From Octopus sinensis (Eukaryota), in NCBI RefSeq assembly GCF_006345805.1, contig NC_043005.1, positions 47,554,001 to 47,618,000 on the forward strand: a stretch of 64,000 bases of DNA, given 5' to 3'. Positions 63,991 through 64,000 of the stretch are shown here, one piece after another (the stretch's first letter is position 1; every line of letters begins with the position of its first letter). The notes under the pieces are model-generated. The model was not told the DNA's origin and searched no databases. It worked only from the letters and a program-made list of their open reading frames with translations. Position numbers and translations under genes: made by a program.

Positions 63991-64000
63991 ATATGTGCAG

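Overview
AT-rich, microsatellite-dense animal genomic DNA. It is most likely a cephalopod such as Octopus; this is inferred from the SINE, RTE and microsatellite landscape, not from a marker gene. I cannot support any intact host protein-coding gene, tRNA, rRNA or CRISPR array, so the window looks intronic or intergenic. Nearly all listed ORFs are microsatellite, SINE or antisense artefacts. The window is a mosaic of: (i) three tRNA-headed SINE families in many copies; (ii) a 5'-truncated, frameshifted RTE LINE of about 3.1 kb (30315-33419, minus strand) with a structured ~190-nt tandem triplication in its 3'UTR, plus short RTE tails; (iii) relics of R4/Dong, RTE-BovB, CR1 and Penelope-like retroelements; (iv) mariner, Tigger/pogo, hAT and piggyBac-like relics and MITEs, two of them in fold-back arrangements. 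The main signal not shown by the ORF track is at least seven type I hammerhead-ribozyme motifs, each different in sequence and each with a palindromic or near-palindromic minimal stem III. Three have fully intact catalytic cores (44029-44072 +, 46186-46261 +, 56866-56981 -). One lies directly behind a Penelope-like RT relic, and one is bracketed by 47-49 bp inverted repeats. Penelope-associated hammerheads are a known class. The density, family diversity, core variants and inverted-repeat mini-element seen here deserve testing. All structures were folded by eye. Repeat boundaries are approximate unless exact motif positions are given.
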